From Vicugna vicugna (taxonomy: Eukaryota), in NCBI GenBank assembly GCA_013265495.1, contig MU058257.1, positions 1,691,262 to 1,755,261 on the forward strand: a stretch of 64,000 nt of DNA, given 5' to 3'. This document shows, piece by piece, positions 54,740-64,000 of this stretch (the first letter of the stretch is position 1; each line of letters starts with the position of its first letter). The notes under the pieces were generated by a model. The model was not told the origin of the DNA. It saw only the letters and a program-made list of their open reading frames with translations, and made no database searches. Both the position numbers and the translations under genes were made by a program.

Positions 54740-55225
54740 TTATCTGCACTTCAGTTCCAAATATCCAACTGCCTAGCTGACACTTCCAAGGCACCCAGTT
54801 AACTGACTGGAGTCAGGACTAAATCCTCATCTCCCATCGGGTCCCAAGTCACAGAGCCCCCCAACCCCCAGCACTCCCGTCCGAGGGATGGCCCCACAGT
54901 CAGACCACTCAGACCCACTCCCCACCTCCCACGGAGCCCGTGCCCTGGCCTCCGGGGACCCCTTCATGCTTCACACTCGGCTGGGGATGCTTCCCAAATG
55001 TCACCCTGATCACCCAGCACCCCTGTCCTCAGCTGGCTGTGCTGGGCAGGGGACTCGGTCACCTTCACTGGACCATCCCCCGTGCAGAACCATTACCTGT
55101 CAGTCTTTCTGACTCCCACAATAGACCGTCAGCCCCAAGAAGGCAGGGACCAAGTCCACTCCAGCTCAGCAAACTAAATACAGGGCCTGGCACACCACAG
55201 GTGCCCAGCAAGTTGCCTAAGTTAA
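54740..55225 (+). mobile_element. LINE-2 fragment, degraded
   Basis: atatccaactgcctagctgacacttcca ... cagggcctggcacaccacaggtgcccagcaagttg. Confidence 0.55.
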
Positions 55226-56439
55226 CTAAAAGTTCTGAAAAGACCTTAAGCCTTGCTGTCTTTCAAAGGAAGTTATTGCACGTGCTGTAGTACAAATTAT
55301 TATTACTATCCGGGGCCCTGGCTTGAACACCTTGTCTCTGCTCAATAAGGGGACGGGCACTTAGCTCCAGTTAACACTGCAGCTTTAACCCACCTATTCC
55401 CGTTAATCTCAACCTCAAATATTCATCAAAAGACAGTGGGTGGTGTCTTTATACACAAATACCTTATTCCTTTGGATTAAGGCAAGAGAAATATTTCTCA
55501 CAAGCATTCCACTGTCACGTTTCTCTGTAAACAGATAGGCTTCGTGGTGGGGATAATTTCAGAAAGCGGTGTTTCTTTAAGAGGCACATTTCCCCAAGAC
55601 GGAAAGGCGAGGACTGCCGCTTTAAAAGCTCAGTTCCCACGGCTGCACCCGTTCACCTCAAGGGAAGGCAAGGAATAGAGATTCCATGACTAACCTGCCT
55701 GAGGAGCAAAATTCACACCAACAGGCTGGTCGCCGTGAAAACCCCAGCAACGTCGTGATCCATCTTACCTTATGCAACCACTTTTAATTTGGAAAAAGCA
55801 CCCAGTGCTGCACCCTACCACACACACTTCTGGAAGCCCCAGCCTGCAATCCATACCTTTTTTTGCATGTAAAACACTGAATTCAAATTAATTTTACATG
55901 TTTAGATATTTTGTAACAACTATAAGAATCCACTTGAAATCAGGACACAGTCATCTCAATTATTACTACTTTCCACTAACACATAACTTGCTTGAATTTG
56001 TCAAGAGCAAAACACAACTATCACCTACTTGGTATCAGAGGTCTCCCCCGTCCATGCGCGCGTATTTTTACATTTGACAATTTTAAGGAAGGCACAATAT
56101 GCAATGTCAACAAACTGGTATCCCTGACGACATGCAAAATGGGCCCCAGTGCATTAATTTTCCTGCAGTTCTTTCCTGTTTTTTTTTCCACAACATACCC
56201 AATTTGATTTTAAGGTTTTATGTATTCAGGATTAAGGGGAATTTGGCATGTTTGAAAATCCTATTCACATTTAAGGGCATAAGTAAGAATACTCTTAAAA
56301 AAAAATAGAATAGCATCAGATTCTGTCTCTGGACCAATTCCTCAGCAAGAAATTAGTTCCTCCCCTGAAAAAGGAGGAAGGCGTGAAAAAGAAGTTATTC
56401 AGGAACTCCCCCTACCTCTACCCTCAGAATATGGACTTT

Positions 56440-56533
56440 TTTGTTTGTTTTTAGTGGAGGTACTGGGGACTGAACCCAGGACCTCACGCATGCTAAGCAC
56501 ACACACTACCACGGACCTGTATCATCCCCTCCG
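56440..56533 (-). mobile_element. tRNA-derived SINE, camelid vic-1-like
   Basis: ttgtttgtttttagtggaggtactggggactgaacccaggacctcacgcatgctaagcac...; same family as 44422-44549; TSD gaatatggacttt (56427-56439) / ggatgtggacttt (56534-56546). Confidence 0.88.
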
Positions 56534-59500
56534 GGATGTGGACTTTCTACAAACAATTCAAATGATGCTACAATTTACTGCTTTTGTTTCGATAACAAAG
56601 GAATTCAAATCTCAAAACTTTCTCTTATCAGGCACATACATGATCATGTATTAAATAAGGAGAAACAGAGAGCCTCAAAAGAAATTAAAATTAGATTTCT
56701 GTCACTTACAAGCTCACTGTAAGTTAAGCAGCAATCCATTTCTTAACAGAGCAGGGTCTAGTCACGCTTTAAGAACCCCTTTCATTATCACCAGGTAAGC
56801 TCACCTGAACGGCCCTTACTCCAGATACAAAGAATACGGGCGCCAGCACCCCGGGGCTTCTCCCCCGTCGTCCGTCACCCGGAGCCAGGGCGCAGAAGCC
56901 CCGACACAGCACACTCGGGCGTGGTTTCTACCAACAGGGAAGCACCGCCCTGCCGGACATGGGTTACTGTTCAGGACTTGATGCCAAAACAAGCACGGTA
57001 ACGCTCTACACTTCACACACAGGTAATAAAAAACACCTGAGACAGGATCACACTGAATTTTTAAAATCAACGCAAGTCTCTTACCTGAAAGTCCCGCCAT
57101 GCGTGCATTTCAAAAGCAAAATTCGTAACAACACATTTGGAAACACTAACAGGAAACATCTGACGGGCAGTGGTGTCATTAACGCAGAAGGGGCACAAAG
57201 CAACGGCGGTCACGAGGGCGACAGGGAAGGCAAGCGGGAAGGCTGGGCTCTGACCGACACGTGCCGGTGGCTACCGGCTACCTGCCCAAACCCCAGTACA
57301 TTTTACAAGTTTCTTTTTCTCAACTTTCTCCTACGTGAGGACCCGGGCCAGACGGTCCCCACAGAATCCGGGTTCTGCCCAGGAAGCAGCAGCTGCCAGT
57401 CTCCGCACAGCCCCTCCGCGCCCAGCCCCGGTCTAGACACAGTTTGTCCCCGGGGGGGTGCCCATTGCCCTCCTCCAGCCCCTCCCCTGCAGGGCGGGAC
57501 AGACAGGAAGGTGTCTCACAAGGCCAGCGCCAGAACAGAACGCGCATGACACTGCTCTTGGTCAAAACAAAATTACACCCAAGTGTGACAAAGGAAGTGC
57601 CTGACACCACATTTAAGTCACCTGCAGCACCAGAGGCAGAAGGGAAGGCAGTGGTGAGAGCGGGAAGGGACCCTTCCTGTTGACCATCCCCCGACTCCAC
57701 ATGCCGCTCAGGTGCACGTGAGACCCCCGGTCACCACCTCACCGTCAGTCCCAGGGCCGGCCCGCGGGGAGAGGTGAAGCCCCGCGTTTGCTGTGTTCTC
57801 TAAGTCGGCCGTGGTGCCCAGAGGGGCCCCAGAAGGGCCAGGAGTTCCCAGGAGCTGAGGGTGCTCCCTGACGGCAAATGACAGATCAGGAAGAACCAGC
57901 CAGGGAGAAACTGAGACCAGACCCAGCCCGGCGCTCGGGGTCTCGCAGCACAGCCGCAGTGACCGGGGCTGGACGCGCCGTGGGAACACCGCGGGGCTCC
58001 GTGACTTGGTGAGTGTCAGCCGAGGAAACAGACCCACCCACCGGGAGAGAGCAGGTGCAGGCTGACTGTGCTGCTTCAGTCAGTGGCCAGTGGACCCTCT
58101 GGCTTTTTTTTTTAACTGAATTTAATTTACATGATATAAAACTGCCTAAAATCCTATTTCACTTACTAATCTTTAAAGCCTTCCTGGAAATGGAAAAGGT
58201 GGATTATTAAGGTTACAAGATGTTTTACCTTGTGCAGGACACACAGCAAAAGATTCCAGAAAGTGTGGATGACCATCATCAAAAGTCACTTGAGGATATA
58301 AAATCTAAAACACATCTTAGTAAGTTTGCTACAGTTTTAATGGCAGCTGTTTGAGGTCGCACAGTCTGCCTTATCCTAGGCTTTTACGTGATCTAATGGT
58401 CCCCCTGGTGGAAAAGGGTGTGCTAGTCTCAGTTGCTGAGTAACAAGTCACCCCCAAATCCAAACAAGGACAGCGACCACCGCGACCCGACTGAGGCTCG
58501 CAGAACCAGCAGCCACAGAGAGCACGTGAAACGGCCCCCAGGGCGGCCGTACCTGCGCTGTCAGGAAGCCTCTGCCCAGCCTTAAAGCCCCTGCTGACAC
58601 CCATTGGTGAGCACCTGCATCTCCACACGAGCAGCGTCTGGAGTGGGGCATGGACGGGGGCGCGGGGGGCGCATTCCCTGTGCTGCAGAAACCTGCCACC
58701 CCGCCGTGTGCTGCCAGACACAGGGGTCCGCTCAGCTCAGAGCTCCCAGGATGGAGGCACCCCACTCCCACGGCGACCGAGGCCCAGGACCACACCCGGG
58801 GCGAGGGGGCGCGGCACAGAGGCACCTCAGAGCCCATTTACATCCGCTCCACTTACTCAGACGGAAGATAAGAGCAAAGCAGGGTCGCGCCGGGGGAGGG
58901 GAGCCCCTAAGTCTGTGCTCAGAAAGGAAACTGGAGTGCAGGGTACGCTCCCGGGGTCTCTCAGCTTCCGTTACAAAACCTGAGAACCCAAAACAGGGCC
59001 AGCGAGGGCACGTCAGGCCCTGAACGAGACTCGGGGCAGCCATGTCGGCACAGCTGCCGTCAAGACACGTGGAAGCAGATTTACAATCAGCTCCAAAGAG
59101 CAGGTCGTTGTGTTTAAGAGGAAGAGTGCGTGTGTCTGAAGGAAGAAAGCGTCAGGATGCCAGAGGCCGGGGCCGCGGGGCCGTGGGTGACCCCTCCTTC
59201 TCTGTCACAGGAGGCCCTGCTATATTTGTAGAAGCGAAAAACAACCAAAAAAGAGAAAAGGGAGAGGCAGGGGGAAGAGCAGCAGAACGTTTGCCCGCCT
59301 CTTCTGGCGCCAGGGCCGGGGAGGACACCCGGGGAAGGACATCCAGGGAAGGACACCCGGCTCAGCGCTTCAGAAACCTCCCAGGCTGCTCAGGCTTTGG
59401 AGCCGAACTGCACGGAACTACCATTCAAGTCTCTGGATGGTACTCTCCCGGGGGACCGCAGGACAAGGATGCAGGGCACGGGACAAAGAGCAGAGGGGAC

Positions 59501-60366
59501 AGAGGGTACAAGAGTCCCACGTCTGACCTGTGTGCTCCCGGCCACGGCAGCGGGATGGAAATCAAACATCCACGAACTTCGCAATACTTGTGACCTGAGA
59601 GCCTTCCTTTTCCATAGGATTTCCAGAAAACACGAGACACCGGCCAGTTCTGAGGCTGGCCCTGCGCTGACCGTCGGGAGGGCTGGCGTGAACAGAGCCC
59701 AGCAGCACCGGCCCCCGGCCCAGGGGTCCGGGAGCCCCCGGGGGGACGAGCAGTGCCTGCCGGCCTGTCTACCTTCCTCAACCCCACGGTGGAAGCCCAC
59801 CCTGGGCTACACCTGGCTGTGATGAACAGATGAGGACATGCCGCCAGCCCCACACCCCCCACCGCGTCATTTCACTTCAAGTGTAACTCGAGGGCTGCAG
59901 CTCCTCACCAGCCAGGGCTCCTAATCCGCTGACTTCTCCCCGCAGAGCCCGGGACCCAGACCCCCACCTGCTCTGTGTCGCTCCCCCACCTCCCCGTCCA
60001 AGAGGACAGACAGAAGGTTGCTGCGGGCCAGTGAAGATGGAGCTGCAGTGTGTCGGCGCCTCAGAGGCGCCCAGGAGGAAAGGGAGATTCCTGGAGCCCT
60101 GCCCACGGGAGGACACTGGGGTACAGCCGGGCAGCACCCCCAAGGCCAGCACTGGGCTCAGAGCAGAGACCCCGCATGTGGCCTGTGGAGACAGTCATCA
60201 CCGTGACGGCCCGAGTTGTAAGAAAGATATTACCTGTGGCTAAAATAAAGGGGGAACGGCATGGAAACCTCTTAAAGGTATTTCCATTTAAAACGTTGCA
60301 ATTTTAACTTTCCAAAACTTAGAATTAAGTCCAAGGCACCAAAAAAATTATTGTGCCCTGGGTTCA

Positions 60367-60975
<609 letters not shown>

Positions 60976-61612
60976 CTACTAAGACATTCTAACAAGCAGG
61001 CAGCATATACAATACATCTGAAAACCTCACGTCCCAGCCCGTCTGAAGAAAAGGAGGCTGCCTGCCGTGGTGGCGCAAAGCCATCGCTACAAACACGTCT
61101 AAGCACATGGACACAGAAGAGCGCTGACATGAGCACAAGTCCGTTTCTGTAAAGAGGACATATGCACAAAGACATACCCCCAAATACACCCCAAAACCGG
61201 CACCCGTATCCCCAACAGGGAGCGGGCCTGGGGGAAGGAAGACAAAGGGACTTAATTCTAAACGTCACACACGTCTGCTTGGGTGTCTGGGTGTGCGTGC
61301 ACACTCACGTATGTGCATATGCACACATGCACACACACACTAGAACATAAAGCCAGGCCCTAAAATTGTCTGAGGAAAGAACATAGTTGTTTTCAAGCTT
61401 CTACAACCTGTCCCATTCATACCCAAATGAGAACACCCTGAACTGTCTTTCACCATGAGCTCCTGAATTGTCCACAGCACAGAATTACTGATAAAAAGTT
61501 CAAGCCAGGTTTCAACACTCCATTTTCCCCACCTGATCAGCTGTGCTTGGTACAGCTCTTTCTTTAAGTGAAGGCTGGGATTGAGGAGGCAAAGGTGAAG
61601 GACAGTTAAAAC

Positions 61613-61698
61613 ACAGGATCTGGACCCTCCCCCAGATCCGCCGACTCAGACCTTCCAGGGCTGGGGCTGGGGAATCTGGACCCTCATGAAGCCTCCAA
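61613..61698. mobile_element. MER5A-like hAT DNA transposon fragment
   Basis: ccctcccccagatccgccgactcagaccttccagggctggggctggggaatctg resembles the MER5A core. Confidence 0.5.
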
Positions 61699-62433
61699 GA
61701 GAGAATCCTCCCTCACTGCTGGTGGGATATAAACTGGTGCAGCCACTATGGCTAACTTAAAAAACTAAAAACAAGGTTACCATATAATCCAGCAATCCCA
61801 CTCCTGGGCATATATCCAGAAAAAATGAAAATTCTAATTCGAAAAAACACCTGCACCCCAACGTTCACAGCAGCACTATTCACAATGGCCAAGACATGGA
61901 AGCACCTAAATGCTGACAGATGACTGGATGAAGAAGATCTGGTATATTTATACAATGGAATACAACTCAGCCATAAAAAATAAAATAATGCCATTTGCAG
62001 CAACATGGATGGAACTCGAGATCGTCATACTAAGTGACGTGAGTCAGACAGAAAAAGACAAATATCATGTAATATCACTTACATGTGGAATCTTTAAAAA
62101 AAATACAAATAAAAACTTACCTACAAAAAAAATAGACTCACACAGAAAACAAACTCATGGTTACCAAAGGGGACGGGGGCGGGGGAGGGCTAAACTAGGA
62201 GTTTGGGATGAGCAGACACACACTACTGTATATAAAATAGATAAACCACAGGGTCCTACTGTGTAGCACAGGGAACTACATTCAATATCTTGTAATAACC
62301 CATAATGGAAAAGAATCTAAAAAATTAGACATGTATCTATAACTGAATCACTTGGCTGTACACCTGAAGCTAACACAACACTGTAAATCAACTACATTTT
62401 AATTAAATACATATATCCAATAAGAAAAAAAAG
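61699..62433 (+). mobile_element. Relatively young 5'-truncated LINE-1 (ORF2 C-terminus + 3'UTR + A tail)
   Basis: ORF 61910-62266 translates DDWMKKIWYIYTMEYNSAIKNKIMPFAATWMELEIVILSDVSQTEKDKYHVISL, the L1 ORF2 C-terminus, followed by a cetartiodactyl-type 3'UTR. Confidence 0.95.
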
Positions 62434-62824
62434 AAGTGTTAACTTACAATGTAGTTATGAAAAATGAATAAATTTTAAAATTCGTATTTTCTTGCACAGT
62501 AATGGTTAAAATGTAAATACTCAATCTATTCGTTTCATCTAGCAATTCCAGGCTTTCAAACACAAGTAAAATAATGTTACTACTAATGACAGAAGTGCCA
62601 GTACGTATAAGGGATAAGTACTTCTATTATCCTTTCACATGTTAATCCTCCGCATTTAAAGGTTTCTTAAACATTGGGCAGATAGATCTATAGGCCAAAA
62701 ACAAAATCTCAGAAATGGAAAGAATATAAATCAAAATACAGTAATGACAAACAGTAGTAATCCACATGCAAATTTACAAAAATTTAATCTCAATTAAAGG
62801 AACCCAGTTATGTCCCTGAAGTCT

Positions 62825-62870
62825 CTCTTCCCTCTCAGATGAGAAAACTGAGGCTCTGAGCGTAAGGTGC
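62825..62870 (-). mobile_element. MIR core fragment
   Basis: cagatgagaaaactgaggctctgag. Confidence 0.5.
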
Positions 62871-63583
62871 TGACGGGAAGTCACTACCAACAAACGCTGT
62901 CAGCCAGGACGCCCCAGGGTTCACCGCGGCCCCTCTCGCGCCCATGGTGGTGTCAGCTGGCATCACAGGTGCCCATCTTCTCCCAGCCTCTTCCCGACAG
63001 CGTCACTACTTATACTTTGCATAATGGGGATGTGCATAAAGTATTTATTTTAATAAAAAGGTTTTGACTACTTAAAAATCAAGTCTGACAAACCACTCAC
63101 CCGAGTATTCCATGACAGTCCTAAGCTCACGAACTGAAGTGATGGTTCTCCGAGCGGGAGCCCACCTGAGATCAGCCTCGCAACTGGTGAGAACCCCCAG
63201 TCTCGGAGTCTACCCCGGGCCTGCCGAACCCAGATGCCTCAAGGCTAAAACGCTTTGTGTTCCTTCCACGTGTTGTTACGTGTTATGTTCTAGCTCATAA
63301 ATCTATGGATTAACGCCTTCACGAACACGTCTTAACTCAAACAGACATTCATTACTGCATCTTAAAAACATAGATGTTTGACACTCCTGTGATAACCATA
63401 CAGACAAATTCCACAGACAGGGTCAGAGACAAAGTCTCTCAGAGTCGCCTCACCTCTAAGCTCTCTGCAGAGAAGGACAGACAGCACATCTCCAGACCCA
63501 AGCCCTCCCGGCACTTGCGTCTCAGACAGCGGCCCTCAAGCAGCCCATGACGCTGGAAGCCGCCCAATACCCCAGGAAGGTTG

Positions 63584-63745
63584 TTAATATATTTGAATTA
63601 ATATAGGACCTGATAAAAAATATTGTTCAGTTATCAGTTATTCCCAGATGGACATCCCAAAATGAATAAAAGGACGTCCATCTGGGAATAACTGATAACT
63701 GAACAATATTCTTTAACAGGTCCTATACTAATTCAAATATATTAA
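63584..63745. repeat. Inverted repeat: 74-bp arms (63584-63657, 63672-63745), 14-nt spacer, 70/74 paired
   Basis: Left arm ttaatatatttgaattaatataggacctgataaaaaatattgttcagttatcagttattcccagatggacatcc versus reverse complement of right arm ttaatatatttgaattagtataggacctgttaaagaatattgttcagttatcagttattcccagatggacgtcc. Confidence 0.97.
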
Positions 63746-64000
63746 GCTTATATCCGTTATCTTCCCCCTAAAACCAACGTCTTATCTTCACTCCTGACAG
63801 CACCATCCTCCTCTGACTGAACCTAATCAATCCACAAACCTAACCTCGTTCCAGGAAATGCAGGGGGTGCAGAACGAGCCCCATGGCACCAAAGGTAACA
63901 ACCAGACAAATCCAGAAGGTGAGACTTTTAACAACACAACTACACTGATCTCTCTTCAAAAAAAAAAAAAATCCATGCTGTCTAACCTCTGGGTGCAGCG

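Overview
Mammalian genomic DNA, most likely a camelid: it carries two vic-1-like tRNA-derived SINEs, and I saw no Alu, B1/B2, Bov-tA or PRE-1 elements. The whole window lies inside a minus-strand PARD3 (Par-3) gene or PARD3-like copy. The only supportable coding sequence is the 102-bp exon 2 (60529-60630); the rest is intron 1 and over 60 kb of intron 2, containing L1, L2, MIR, MaLR and MER5-like relics. Nearly all ORFs in the supplied track are chance ORFs of GC-rich intron. Most notable: (i) a 700-bp TSD-flanked, A-tailed composite retroelement (CpG-rich head + L1 inter-ORF piece + L1 3'UTR, no ORF2) at 20594-21293; (ii) a near-perfect hairpin with 74-bp arms at 63584-63745; (iii) two amino-acid changes in the conserved Par-3 CR1 exon; (iv) a ~450-bp diverged tandem duplication; (v) a ~4-kb block with reversed strand skew that may be an inversion. 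Repeat family names and reference comparisons come from recalled consensus sequences, not searches, and boundaries of old repeats are approximate.
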